IMG/VR virus record: IMGVR_UViG_3300025706_000001
Coordinates: 64,868 to 128,867 of that record
DNA length: 64,000 nt
Strand: one strand, 5' to 3'
From: a virus
Taxonomy: Duplodnaviria; Caudoviricetes
Position numbers and translations under genes: made by a program. Below are positions 47,098 to 57,694 of this stretch, piece after piece (position 1 is the first letter of the stretch; each line of letters begins with the position of its first letter). A model generated the notes under the pieces. That model did no database searches. It was not told where the DNA came from and saw only the letters and a program-made list of their open reading frames with translations.

Positions 47098-48609
47098 ATG
47101 ACAGTATTGATTGAAAGGTTAAAGGCTGCCCGTCGCGTATCCGCGCCCTTGATCGCCATCGAAACTGCCGATGCGGCAGCGACGATCCGAACGGTGGTCG
47201 AGGGTCTGAACGGCGGCACGGCAGCGGTGATGTGGGACGTGGCCAATGGGATGCTGGCCATCAATGATCAGGGCCAGGACGCCATGCAGCGCGTTGATAC
47301 GGCGCAGACCGAAATGAGCGAGTTCGGTTGTGTGCGTCAGGCCGAGGCCCTGGAAGCGGGCTGCATCTTGTTTGCTCATTGGGATCGGAAGTTCTGGGAG
47401 TCGCCCACGACGGTGCAACAGGTGTGGAACCTGCGTGACAAGTTCAAGGCTGATCAGCGGACGTTGGTGCTGCTTGACCGCGCCTTCACGATTCCCGACA
47501 AGCTGCAAGGCGAGATTGTGGTCCTGGAAGATCCGCTTCCTGGCGCAGAGCAGATCAGCGGCATCGTAGATCGGGTGGTGGAGACGCACAACAAGAATGC
47601 GGCCGAAGCCCGTGGATCGAGCAAGAAGAAGATCCCCGACGCCGACCTGGATGAACGGACGCGGCAGGAGTGCATCGACATGGCTCGGGGAATGCACGAC
47701 GGGCAGGCGGAACTACTGTTGCAGATGTGTCTGGGAAAGGACGGGAAGATGGATCTGACGGCGCTGGCTGAACGGCAGCGGAAGATCATTGAACAGGTTC
47801 AGGGCCTGACGGTGTTCCGCAACGCCGGGTCGTTCGCAGACATCGGCGGACTCGACGCGCTGAAAGAGTACATCAGCCTGATCATGAAGGGGCGAAATGC
47901 CCCGAAGCTGATCGTGTGGCTTGACGAGATCGGCACGACGGGGCTGGGCAACCGCTCGGACCTGTCGGGGGTCAATCAGTCCACGGAAGGGCATCTGTTG
48001 CAGTTCTTGCAGGACAACGAAGTGTATGGTATACTTTTGGCGGGGATACCAGGCACCGGAAAGTCGGCCTTCTGTAAGGCGGTTGGCGGGGAGTTTGATA
48101 GGGTGGTTTTACGGCTGGACCTGGATTCCTGTAAAGGAAGTTTAGTGGGGGAGTCGGAAGCCAAGCTCAGGGCCGCCACAAACGTCATCAAAGCGTGTGC
48201 GGACGAAGCTGGGTCGATGCTTTGGATCGCGACTGCAAACAGCACGGACGGACTCAGTGGAGCCCTTTTGAATCGGTTCAGCGACACGTATTTTCTGGAT
48301 ACCCCAACGCGACAAGAGCGTGGGCCAATCTGGGACGTATGGCTGCGGAAACGCGGTCTCGATGACAAGCCGTACCAGGACGACGACGGCTGGAACGGCC
48401 GAAATGTGTTTCAATGCGTCGATAAATCGTGGAGAACCGGACTCTCGATCGCTGAAGCGGCTAAGTGGATCACGCCCGTTGGTGTCACTGACGCCGAAGA
48501 GATCGAGAGGCTGCGGAAACGCGCTGACGGCCGCTACTTGTCGGCTACGCAACCTGGGCTGTATCGACGGCCGAAGCAGCAGGCAACTGGTCGTCGGGTT
48601 GAGGTGTAG
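47098..48609 (+). CDS. Ycf46-like AAA+ ATPase with permuted motif order
   Basis: N-terminal PLI.IET.D, WD...G; F.DIGGL..LK; IVWLDEI; GILL.GIPGTGKS; LVGESE; IATAN; RF...YFLD.P...ER..IW. Confidence 0.85.
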   Translation: MTVLIERLKAARRVSAPLIAIETADAAATIRTVVEGLNGGTAAVMWDVANGMLAINDQGQDAMQRVDTAQTEMSEFGCVRQAEALEAGCILFAHWDRKFWESPTTVQQVWNLRDKFKADQRTLVLLDRAFTIPDKLQGEIVVLEDPLPGAEQISGIVDRVVETHNKNAAEARGSSKKKIPDADLDERTRQECIDMARGMHDGQAELLLQMCLGKDGKMDLTALAERQRKIIEQVQGLTVFRNAGSFADIGGLDALKEYISLIMKGRNAPKLIVWLDEIGTTGLGNRSDLSGVNQSTEGHLLQFLQDNEVYGILLAGIPGTGKSAFCKAVGGEFDRVVLRLDLDSCKGSLVGESEAKLRAATNVIKACADEAGSMLWIATANSTDGLSGALLNRFSDTYFLDTPTRQERGPIWDVWLRKRGLDDKPYQDDDGWNGRNVFQCVDKSWRTGLSIAEAAKWITPVGVTDAEEIERLRKRADGRYLSATQPGLYRRPKQQATGRRVEV

Positions 48610-49150
48610 GACGAAAGCGATCTTGCAAGAGGTTGCTTACGTGGCTTGAACTGACACCGAACATGGCGGCGATGTCCTTTGGGGCAACGCCGTCACGTCG
48701 GTGTAGTCTGCGGATTTCGCGAATGTCGTTGTCTTTTAGTTTGCAGCGAGGATTGCGCTCGCCGTCGTTTCGAGGCGGTGTCCAGTTGGTTCTGGTTTTG
48801 ACCCAGTGTTGGGCATTTTCTTTCGGGGTGGCGTATTCGAGGTTGTCGATGTGGTTGTTTGTCTTGTCTAGGTCTTTGTGGTTTACGTGGATCTTTGGCT
48901 TCCTGGGGCCAATCCATGCCTCGGCTACGAGGATGTGTACACGAACCCCGTACCGACTGGTCGGGTTGGCACACAGGACGACTCTTGGGTATCCAAGGCT
49001 GTCTACTGCCGCCCGAAGTATGCGGCCCTTGCGAGAGCCGTGTCCCCAGACTTCTCGTCGGACTCTTCCGAAGTTAGATACGGAATACAGTGATTCGTAC
49101 CCTACGACTGGACGCCACTCTTCCGTTGTGATAGGCTCATTTTCAGCCAT
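48545..49150 (-). CDS. NUMOD4-HNH homing endonuclease with a C-terminal HTH, antisense to its neighbours
   Basis: EEWRPVVGYESLYSVSNFGRVR; VH.LVA.A.IGP; VNHKD.DK.NN...NLEY.T..EN..H. Confidence 0.9.
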   Translation of the reverse strand: MAENEPITTEEWRPVVGYESLYSVSNFGRVRREVWGHGSRKGRILRAAVDSLGYPRVVLCANPTSRYGVRVHILVAEAWIGPRKPKIHVNHKDLDKTNNHIDNLEYATPKENAQHWVKTRTNWTPPRNDGERNPRCKLKDNDIREIRRLHRRDGVAPKDIAAMFGVSSSHVSNLLQDRFRPTPQPDDQLPAASAVDTAQVA

Positions 49151-49224
49151 GACATGTCCTTCCGCTAAAGGATGGTTGTGGTTAGAGCCGAACATGGCGT
49201 GTCATCGCCTGCTCGGCTCGTGTC

Positions 49225-49253
49225 ATTGTAACGCCTTTGAATCTGGCGATCAA
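49225..49253 (-). promoter_or_regulatory. sigma70-type promoter of the NUMOD4-HNH gene
   Basis: TTGATC-17 bp-TACAAT. Confidence 0.6.
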
Positions 49254-49364
49254 GTGAGATCCCATTTCCTGAACGGTCACTCGTGCTTTGGCACGGGTGG
49301 CCGTTTTTTCTGTTGGCAATAATGGGTTGTGATGGTTCACTTCTCTTTCAAGAAAGGGGTCAAA

Positions 49365-50654
49365 GTGTCAAAAGGCAACATGGTTCTCGTCATGGAGGTC
49401 CAGGGTGTCACTTACTTCTGGACCGGCTATCGGTGGTGGACGGAATATCCTGATGCGAAGCTATATAACTCGCGCCGGGAAGCAATCAAGGACCATCGGC
49501 GGTTCCCTGGGTCGTGTGTGATTCGAGACTACGGATTGGAGACTGAGCGATGCGAAATCGCAAGCTGAAAGAAGGCAAGCCGTTGGTCGATGTGTTCACG
49601 GTCAAGCGTGACGCTTTGGCTCGCATGGCGGCAATAAACAGTAAAGACCTGCCGCATCTGATTGACGACGGCGGTCGCCGAAAGAGATGGGCTGGCATCG
49701 GCTGGGTGGATGAAGGCCGGGCCGATGGGACTGAGGTTTTGGTGGTCGATTAGGGAAAGGGTGCAATCATGCCGAGAAAGTTTGGGTCGATCGTGTTGGA
49801 TGTGTTCGTGACGGATGCCGCGTGGAAACGGCTGAACGACACGAAGTTGGATGCGTTGTCGGACGCGATGAGCGATGTTGCCGACGACGTGGCGTTGGCG
49901 ATGAAGGACAGGCTGGTCGAAGAATCCGGCGTGGCCGAATCCGACATCGTGGTCGAGGCTCATTTCTAGGAGGACAGTTCGATGGCCAAGACGTTGTTGG
50001 AAGTGTTTAAGGACGAAGAGTTGAAGCCGAAGTGGGACGGGAAAGGATTGCCGATTCGCCCCACGGAAGTGTTGCCGAATGGTGCGACGGTCGTGGACAT
50101 TCTCTGGACCGCACCTCCGCCGTACATCCCCGTTCGTTGGTTCGTTTTGGCTGTTTGGTTGCGTGGCGGCAAGCACGAGTACATCGTGTGGGAACTGCTG
50201 CCGGACAGCCTGAGTTGCGATTCTGGGTTCTACACGCCCGAACTGGCGCACGCTGAGCAGGAAGTGACTCGGCGGCTGAATCTGGCGTCAGAGGCATACG
50301 ACGGATGACAGTCCTGGGGCCGCTGACGATTCGTCACTGGCGGCCTTTTTCGTTGGCAATAAGCCCATGACGGGATTGGTTTGTTTCATGGGGTTCTGTT
50401 TCAGAAAGGGGAATGACGTGGACAAAGAAATTGCTGGCTACGAGTTCGGTTGTTACTGGTTCCCGGTCGCCAAGGATCGCAAACAGCCGATCAAGGGACT
50501 GTGTGGTGAAGGATTTTCAGACGAACGCGATCTGTGCGCCGCCTACGACGACACGGGCCAGGGCTGTGGTCTGGTACGGTGCTACAAGGACGGAACGCGG
50601 TTTGTGCTTCGGGAAGCCTTGCCCGCGCCAAAGGCAGACGGTGTGAGGGCGTAA
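49365..50654 (+). other. Run of five small hypothetical ORFs (ending 49568, 49753, 49969, 50308, 50654)
   Basis: Closely packed ORFs, most with AAGGG/AGGAGG RBSs, after the motifs at 49315 and 50355. Confidence 0.55.
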
Positions 50655-50752
50655 CCAAACGGGCGGCAGTCCTTCATTGGGCTGTCGCCCGTTTTCGTTT
50701 GGCAATAAGGGACTGTGTAGAGTTCCTGGTTCTTTCTGAAAGGGGATGTGTG

Positions 50753-51382
50753 ATGAGTCGAGTCATGGAAACAACGGTCTACAAGTTCAACGAACTGTCA
50801 GACAAGGCGAAAGATCGGGCGCGTGAATGGTTCCGCGAAGGCAATCTCGATTACGACTGGTGGGACTTCGTCTACGAGGACGTCGCCACGATTGCGGACC
50901 TGATCGGTATTGACCTGCGGACACGCCCGGTCAAGCTGTGCGGCGGTGGAATTCGGTACGAACCGTGCATCTTCTTCAGTGGGTTCTCGTCGCAGGGTGA
51001 CGGGGCGTGCTGGGAAGGGACGTACTCGTACAAGAAGGGCAGCGTCAAGGCGGTCAAAGATCACGCGCCGCGAGATAACGAATTGCTTCGCATCGCGGAA
51101 GGCTTGTACGAGATCCAGCGGCGACGCTTCTACAAGGTGACGGCGCGGGTCAGACACCGGGGTCACTACTATCACAGCGGCTGCATGGACATCGAAGTCG
51201 GTGTGGACGGCCGGTACGACGAGGAGGCGTCTGATGGCGTGACGGAGTTGCTTCGAGATTTTGCGAACTGGATCTACAGCCAACTCGAAACCGAGTACGA
51301 CTATCGCATGTCGGACGAGGCCGTGGATCAGGACATCGAAGCGAACGAGTACGAGTTCGACGAAGACGGTCATCGTGTTTGA
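50753..51382 (+). CDS. Acidic conserved MGE protein (family often labelled antitoxin/antirestriction-like)
   Basis: VY.F.ELS..AK..AR.W, FSGF.SQGDGA, IY.QLE.EYDY..SDE.V...I.ANEY.F.EDG. Confidence 0.7.
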   Translation: MSRVMETTVYKFNELSDKAKDRAREWFREGNLDYDWWDFVYEDVATIADLIGIDLRTRPVKLCGGGIRYEPCIFFSGFSSQGDGACWEGTYSYKKGSVKAVKDHAPRDNELLRIAEGLYEIQRRRFYKVTARVRHRGHYYHSGCMDIEVGVDGRYDEEASDGVTELLRDFANWIYSQLETEYDYRMSDEAVDQDIEANEYEFDEDGHRV

Positions 51383-51494
51383 CGCATGGGCGGCGGGGCA
51401 AGTCCCTGTCGCCTTTTTCTTTGCGCATTGGTTCAGAAACAACCGTTGGCAATAAGAGGGTGTTCCGAGACACTTTCATGAAAGGGGATTGACT

Positions 51495-52025
51495 ATGTTC
51501 TGGTTTCAATTCAAGCCGCCTGGGCAGGATAAGTGGCGCGGTGATGGCCGTGCTACGCTTGAAAAGGCAACCGCCTTGCGTGCTGAGCACGTTGCTGACG
51601 GTTGCGAAGTGACTGAGATTTGGGAACGCAAGGGTACTATCTTCGGTTGCAACAGTCGGCGTCCATTGCGGGTGTGCGACCCGTGGGGCAAGGACTGCGG
51701 CAAGAGCGTTCTCTACGTCTATCGCTTGTGCCACAAAGTGCTGGAACGCGAAGGACTGGTTGACGAGTATTTCAGCCGACTTCATCCGTTTGACGGCTAT
51801 CGCGGGCACGAGGGACGGGAGTGTGAGGATTGGCGAGAATTACGGTTCTCGAAACATCGGTGGGTTGCGTGCTATCCCGTCGAAGGTGGCAACGAGGGTG
51901 ACTACGTTCATGTCGATCTGATTGGCAACGGAGTTGTCACGCAGGTCTTTCTCGCCAAGACGTTTCAGGGTCCGAAACACGCCTGCAAGATCGCCAATCG
52001 GCTTGCTGAGTTGCTGGGCGCATAG
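51495..52025 (+). CDS. Hypothetical protein
   Basis: Motif plus GAAAGGGG RBS; GGNEG.YVHV. Confidence 0.6.
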   Translation: MFWFQFKPPGQDKWRGDGRATLEKATALRAEHVADGCEVTEIWERKGTIFGCNSRRPLRVCDPWGKDCGKSVLYVYRLCHKVLEREGLVDEYFSRLHPFDGYRGHEGRECEDWRELRFSKHRWVACYPVEGGNEGDYVHVDLIGNGVVTQVFLAKTFQGPKHACKIANRLAELLGA

Positions 52026-52388
52026 AAGGGGGATTTCCATGTCTGAGATAAAAGTTCCTGGGTTGTACCGCACCAGTTCCGCGTTGCGACACGCGGTCGG
52101 AAACTGGTCGGACTGGTCTGATGAGGGGCTGTGGAACTTCGCCCAGATCGTCAAGGCGGCGGTCCTGATGAACGCCTTGGAGACTGCGTGGTTCAATCGC
52201 GCAGTTCGTCCTTATAGAAACAAGGCCACAGACACGGACGAGTTCATCGCCTGGGTCGAGAACTGGTTAGCCAAGTAGAACCCCTTTCGCCCCCGTTCGG
52301 CCGTTTGGCTGGGCGGGGGCTTTTGCGTTGGCAATAAGGGGTTGTGGTGAGTGTTGTTTCTGGTTCTGTTTCTGAAAGGGGATTTGGT

Positions 52389-52919
52389 ATGACGACGCAA
52401 GAGAAGACGACGGCGGAACGGTTGCAAGAGATTGGTCGGTGCGCGATGGACAGTATTCGCGAGATGGTCGCGGCTTTGGAGTGCGACTACGATCGACTTC
52501 AGGAACTGCGGGACGAACGCGACGGCTGGGAACCTGATGAGGACGACGAAGACAGCCCGGCAACATGGGCGGAGTGTCACGTCGATGACGCGCAGGAACT
52601 GGCCGAACTGGAAGAGGCGGCCGGCGACTGCGAAGATCAAGACGCGGCTCGGCAGCGGATCGAAGAAGACCCGCTCTCGTTGGAAGTCCGCAGCGACTGG
52701 CACGCGCCGGGCGCAGAGTCGGGCGACACTGAGTTCTGCCTGCTATTGGGCACGGGCGGGCCGGCTGTGCGGATCATCGGTGAGTTGGAAGGCGGTCAGC
52801 CGACCTCGGCTAATCTGCAAACGCAAGATTGGTTCACGCCTTGGACGGACGTGAACACTAGCAGCGAAGACGACGACGCGCTGCTGACGTACTGCCAAGT
52901 GTTCTACTTCGGCGACTAG
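52389..52919 (+). CDS. Very acidic hypothetical phage protein
   Basis: EDPLS..VR..W...EF.LLL.TGGPA.RI.GEL...QDWFTPW. Confidence 0.7.
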   Translation: MTTQEKTTAERLQEIGRCAMDSIREMVAALECDYDRLQELRDERDGWEPDEDDEDSPATWAECHVDDAQELAELEEAAGDCEDQDAARQRIEEDPLSLEVRSDWHAPGAESGDTEFCLLLGTGGPAVRIIGELEGGQPTSANLQTQDWFTPWTDVNTSSEDDDALLTYCQVFYFGD

Positions 52920-53045
52920 ACAACGGGGCGAGTCGGGAACAATCCCGGCTCGCCCTTTTTCGTTTCAAAAGTCCAGAAAGAACATTTGGGCGTGGCAATA
53001 AGGTGACGTGGATGATTCAATGCTCTTTTCCGAAAGGGGTTTCCT

Positions 53046-53240
53046 ATGAAGGTCGGTGACGCTGTGACGATTCGTCCGATTGTGTCGGACAGAAACTTGA
53101 ATGGGCGAAGCGGGGTGATTGTGGCGGTTACTGGTAGCAAACCGCCGTTTCACTTCTTGGTCAAGTTGTCGGCCGGGCTCGACGGTTCGCTTGATCGTAG
53201 AGATCAAGTGCTCGTTCGTGGGGATGAGTTGCGGCAATAA
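53046..53240 (+). CDS. Small SH3/KOW-like protein
   Basis: MKVGD.V.I...G..G.IV; its stop lies inside the next motif. Confidence 0.55.
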   Translation: MKVGDAVTIRPIVSDRNLNGRSGVIVAVTGSKPPFHFLVKLSAGLDGSLDRRDQVLVRGDELRQ

Positions 53241-53290
53241 GGTATTGTGGATGATTGGTTCCTGTGTTCCTTTCTGAAAGGGGTTCTGCG

Positions 53291-53989
53291 ATGAGTTACG
53301 TTGGCATTGATTACGGTTGTGGAATGACAAACGTGGACCGCGAGACCGGGATTCGTTTTGGGGTCATCCCGGCGAACGATCTGGGCGAAAGCTGGTACGA
53401 GTCGTCGGAAGGCGACTACGGCCCGCCGACGTGCGGGGAGTGTGGGAATGAGGCGGTCGAAATGGACGCGATTCCTTTCGACTTGGATGACTGCAAGACG
53501 ATCCGGCAGGAAGGATGGCGCAAGCATGACATCCTGGAAATTCCCGAAGAGTTCCGCGACGACTGCGGCGGTAACGAAGAGTGGTCGGACGAGGGTCGGG
53601 ATTACGCTTGCCTGTCATGTGGGCGGTCCTTCGATTCGGGCGACGCCTGGGGTGACGACGGGCCGGCCTACGGTCACAATGTAGACGACGGCGAGTACAA
53701 GGCCCACCAGGGCCACGACGATTGCGACGTGTTCATTCTGAAGTCGCCCTACTACACGCGGGCTCAATTCTGCTCGCCATGTGCGCCGGGTGCGGCCTAC
53801 TTGCGTAATCCGTGCGAAGACGGTCCGAAAGCCTACTGCTTCGCGCCGGACTGGTTCCGCCCGTGGGCAGACGATCAAGTGACGGGCAATTACGACGGCG
53901 AGAAAACGTCCTGTCCGTATCCTGTCTGGCGGGTCGAAGACGATGAGTTGGTGTTCATGCCGAACATGTCAAAAGACGATGATGAGTGA
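53291..53989 (+). CDS. Acidic Cys-rich hypothetical protein
   Basis: GIDYG.G.TN.D.ETGIRFGVI; CSPCAPGA. Confidence 0.7.
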   Translation: MSYVGIDYGCGMTNVDRETGIRFGVIPANDLGESWYESSEGDYGPPTCGECGNEAVEMDAIPFDLDDCKTIRQEGWRKHDILEIPEEFRDDCGGNEEWSDEGRDYACLSCGRSFDSGDAWGDDGPAYGHNVDDGEYKAHQGHDDCDVFILKSPYYTRAQFCSPCAPGAAYLRNPCEDGPKAYCFAPDWFRPWADDQVTGNYDGEKTSCPYPVWRVEDDELVFMPNMSKDDDE

Positions 53990-54110
53990 GTCAACCCCTT
54001 GGGGGCGGGCAGTTTCCGGTCGTTCCGGGGCTGCTCGCCCTTTTTCTTTGCGCTGTTGGCAATAAGTGGTTGTGTGAGAGATTCTTTCTTCTATGCGAAA
54101 GGGGTTCAAC

Positions 54111-54713
54111 ATGCAGACGTATTCTGAGTTCTGGCCGACGATTTTTGATCAGAAAGGCGCATTCCTGGATGACCGGCAGGACTGGTTGGTCGTACCGTGT
54201 TCTCGGACGCGAGACACTGGGCCGCTTGAAGAGTCTAATTTCGAGACCGCGCTCGAAATGCTCGGTGGCGAGTCGGAAACGGTGGAAGTTCACCGTTTCG
54301 GCCACTGGGGGCCGGGGTGGTTTGAGATCATCATCGTCGCGGCGGACAGCGAAGCGGCGGACAAGGCAGAGGATATCGAATCCTCGCTCGAAAACTACCC
54401 GGTTCTGGATGATGAGGACCTGAGCCGGCGCGAGTACGACGACTTTTTGGAGTCGTGGGATAGCTGGGCACGTCGGGATTTCGTCAAGTTCCTGGCCAGC
54501 GAGTTCCTGACCAGCCAAGCGGCGGCTGATCGCCTGGAAGATGTGGACAGCGACAAGTTGTTCGAGTTCTATTGGGAACACGCTAGCGAACCGTACTACA
54601 CGGATTCCAGCGGGGTCACGATGACGTTCCGGGCAAGGGACTATGACCGGCAGGCGGTCGCCAAACTGCTGCGGGATTCGCGGGCAGTGAAAGGGGGTGT
54701 GATGTGCGGTTGA
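54111..54713 (+). CDS. Acidic hypothetical phage protein
   Basis: LE.SNF, RFGHW..GW.E, L..YPVLD.ED.S.RE. Confidence 0.7.
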   Translation: MQTYSEFWPTIFDQKGAFLDDRQDWLVVPCSRTRDTGPLEESNFETALEMLGGESETVEVHRFGHWGPGWFEIIIVAADSEAADKAEDIESSLENYPVLDDEDLSRREYDDFLESWDSWARRDFVKFLASEFLTSQAAADRLEDVDSDKLFEFYWEHASEPYYTDSSGVTMTFRARDYDRQAVAKLLRDSRAVKGGVMCG

Positions 54714-54951
54714 ACTTCAGAAAAATGTGTGCCTTGCTGGCCGCCAAGCGGTGTTACGAGTCGGGCCAAAGCGTCCAGCAGATTGCGAAGTCTTCTGGGA
54801 AGAGTAGGTCAACGATTCGCCGCTGGCTCAAGGCTGCGGGTGCCAAGTGACTTTGGGCGGACGGGCTGCGGCTCGTCCGCCTTTTTCCATGCGCTGATTG
54901 GCAATAAGAGGGTGTGGATGATTCAAGTTCCTTGTTACGAAAGGGGTTACG

Positions 54952-55419
54952 ATGAGCAAGTTCCGAGAGATCACGTTCAATGATGCCGACGTTGTGAATC
55001 TGGACAACTGGATTCCCGCAGGGGAGTACAATCCCCACAACGTGCGGCCCTGGCTGCTTCACGACCACGGGTTCGTCCTGTGCGTCGTGTTCGCCAGCAA
55101 TCTGCAAGAGGCGCTGGATGAGGCGGTCGATGAGAACAAGTTGGACCGGTTCAAGATCGACGTTGAAAGCCTACACGAGCGAGAGGATTACATGACGCGA
55201 GACCCCGCCAAGATGGCGGCCGGGTTTGACGCCGATTGCCCCGAATACGTGGACGAAAACGGGGGCAAGTGGTGGTGGGCCGTGGAACCGACGTTCCTGG
55301 GCAACGCCGGTGAGCCGTTCGATATCGAGTCCCTGGGCGTGGAAGAATTGCCCAATCCGAAACGCTCGTTCTGCGCCCAGTTCGATGTTCACTGGGAACC
55401 GAACCAGCCGAAGCGATAA
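54952..55419 (+). CDS. Acidic hypothetical protein
   Basis: VFA..LQ.ALDEA.D; LGNAGEPFD. Confidence 0.65.
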   Translation: MSKFREITFNDADVVNLDNWIPAGEYNPHNVRPWLLHDHGFVLCVVFASNLQEALDEAVDENKLDRFKIDVESLHEREDYMTRDPAKMAAGFDADCPEYVDENGGKWWWAVEPTFLGNAGEPFDIESLGVEELPNPKRSFCAQFDVHWEPNQPKR

Positions 55420-55843
55420 CCCCTTGACGCCCCGCAAGCCACCTTGGTTTGCGGGGCGTTTTCATGCGCAAAAGACCAGAAAGAACTTTTGCTAGGCAAT
55501 AAGATGCTGTGGAAGTCAGAAGTTCTTTCTGAGAAAGGGGTTAGCGATGACAAGCACGATGATTCGGTTGCGGATGAGTGAGAGAACACGGGCTATCTCT
55601 CAGAGGATTCGTGAGGCTCGGCCGGTGGTTGTTCAGGTCGAGAAGACGCAAGTGGTGATTCATGTAGCGCCTTACAAGCGCGGAATGGGCCTGTCAAGCT
55701 ACATCTGCCGACGGTGGCAGGGGAGGTTCTAATGCCGGACGGATCACGAAAGCGGCGTTGCTCGCCTAATCCGTTTCGGCGGGCGTGGTATCGGTTCTGG
55801 CGGGCCAAACGGTTCGCGGCTCGGTTCTGGAAAGGGGCGTGAC

Positions 55844-56020
55844 ATGGACCCAAACGCAAATCTCAAGGAGATTCGCGCAATCGTGCGAGAGCTGACGATC
55901 GCGGGGAACAGCGGGTATCAATTCGATCCCCGCATGGTGAATCGGCTTGTCGAGCTGGTTTACAGTCTCGATGAGTGGATTTCGCAGGGTGGTTTCATGC
56001 CAAAAGACTGGCAGAAGTGA
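55844..56020 (+). CDS. Small conserved phage protein
   Basis: MDPNANL..IR...L.ELV.SLDEWI..GGF.P..W (hand translated, below the ORF-track cutoff). Confidence 0.6.
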   Translation: MDPNANLKEIRAIVRELTIAGNSGYQFDPRMVNRLVELVYSLDEWISQGGFMPKDWQK

Positions 56021-56122
56021 ATCAAGGGCAGATGGGCTATTCGCTCGCCTGCCCTTTTTCATGCGCCTACTGGCAATAAGAATTCGTTACGAGATCAATC
56101 CTTCAGAAGCAAAGGGGTTACA

Positions 56123-56512
56123 ATGAGACTCTGTTGTGTGCTGTGCAAAGCCGACGAAAACAACGGCGACACGATTGTCGGCCCATTCCAAAGTGCAAGG
56201 TACGCGATGGGATGGATTGGAGAAGACGCTCAGATTAACGGGCGCGATGAAGACGAGTACAGTGTCCTGCCGTTCGTGCTTACGACCAGCGAACCGACGG
56301 ACGACTGCGGGGACTGCCCGTATTGCGGCGGAAACTGCCCCAACGAACCCGATGACAGCCCGAACCTGTGCGATGGATTTGCCGGGGATATCGACGGCTT
56401 GGTCAAAGAGGACGATGAACAATATACCCCCTGCGGCTGCTCGCAAACCAACAACGGCGAACCGGACCCGTACTGCTACGATTGTGGCGGAAGTGGAATG
56501 GTTAAGGCGTGA
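56123..56512 (+). CDS. Acidic Cys-rich protein
   Basis: CPYCGG.C...CDGFAGDIDGL. Confidence 0.6.
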   Translation: MRLCCVLCKADENNGDTIVGPFQSARYAMGWIGEDAQINGRDEDEYSVLPFVLTTSEPTDDCGDCPYCGGNCPNEPDDSPNLCDGFAGDIDGLVKEDDEQYTPCGCSQTNNGEPDPYCYDCGGSGMVKA

Positions 56513-56580
56513 AAGACAAGTGAATCTGGGGCGGGCGTCCAACCGGGCGTCCGCCCTTTTTTCATGCGCCCATTTCCACC

Positions 56581-56609
56581 TTGACATAACACCAAGACAG
56601 AGATAGGCT
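56581..56609 (+). promoter_or_regulatory. sigma70 promoter
   Basis: TTGACA-17 bp-TAGGCT after a terminator. Confidence 0.65.
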
Positions 56610-56646
56610 TAGGAAGGAATCAAAACCGCTAGAATGGGGTAACATC

Positions 56647-57324
56647 ATGGTAGACTCGGCCCTAGTGCCTACTGGCCGAATGACAAGCGACGAAGTGCCA
56701 ATTCTCCAGCGAAGAGAACAAGCGGTGCGGCTGAGAGCACAAGGGCAGTCTATTCGCGCCATAGCCAACCAACTAGGCGTCTCATTAGAACAAGTCCAAA
56801 CAGATCTAAGATGGGTCAAACAAGACTGGCTAAAGCGAATCGCAAGGAACAAAGCAGCCTGGATGGCAGAAGTACTGGGCGAAATTGCCGAAGTTGCTGC
56901 CACCGCTTGGGAAGATTACCTCGCAAGCGGGGCAGCAACACGGGAAAATGTGGAGGAGACCAGTGAAAAAGGGACAAAGAGTCGCCGTTCTCGAAAAACA
57001 CGGCGTCGTGACCCCCGCTACCTCAGCATCATCATAGACGCCACAAAGTTCAAGGCGTCAATCCTCGGACTAGGCGACAAGGCGGCCGTAGACAACGTGG
57101 ATGCGGCGATTGGCAAGCGTCAACCGAAACTGCTGGTTGTCCGTGACCGTGCGCAACTCGAAACGCTGGTTGACATTACGCAACTTGTCGAGTTGGACAT
57201 ACGGGGGCCAAAGAGCGCCGGGGACAAGCTGCGGAAAAAGCCGTTGGCAATAAGTGGGCAGGAGGAACCTGCTGATGAGAACATGGATGTGGATTCTGTT
57301 GGCGATGTGGACGGCGACGGTTAG
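56647..57324 (+). CDS. HTH protein, terminase small subunit-like
   Basis: RR..A..LR..G.S.R.IA..LGVS...V..DL; AW..Y..S; DPRYL..I.......ILGL. Confidence 0.6.
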   Translation: MVDSALVPTGRMTSDEVPILQRREQAVRLRAQGQSIRAIANQLGVSLEQVQTDLRWVKQDWLKRIARNKAAWMAEVLGEIAEVAATAWEDYLASGAATRENVEETSEKGTKSRRSRKTRRRDPRYLSIIIDATKFKASILGLGDKAAVDNVDAAIGKRQPKLLVVRDRAQLETLVDITQLVELDIRGPKSAGDKLRKKPLAISGQEEPADENMDVDSVGDVDGDG

Positions 57325-57694
57325 CGTGGTCGCTGTCTGGTTGTGGTAACTAGTTTTACGAAAGGTACTTACGATGAAGCTCAATCAGGGATACTGGTTG
57401 TATCCGGACGGCAAGATTTTCTGGGGTGGCAACGGCGTCCATGCCGGGCATTTCGGCCGCCCGGCGTCCGAGGCCGTCCGCAAGCTGCGGAAGCGGCTGG
57501 CGTCCAGACTGACGTTCAAGCCGCATCGGTAGTAACCCCTGACCATTCAACCCCTTGCGCCCCGTCGGTCTTCGGATCGGCGGGGCGTTTCCATGCGCGG
57601 ACAGAGGCCGGCTTTCCTGGGTTGTACTTCCTGTCATGTTGTACTACATTGTATAACGTGTCACGTTCTACAACCCGGTATTTGGAGGCTTCTC

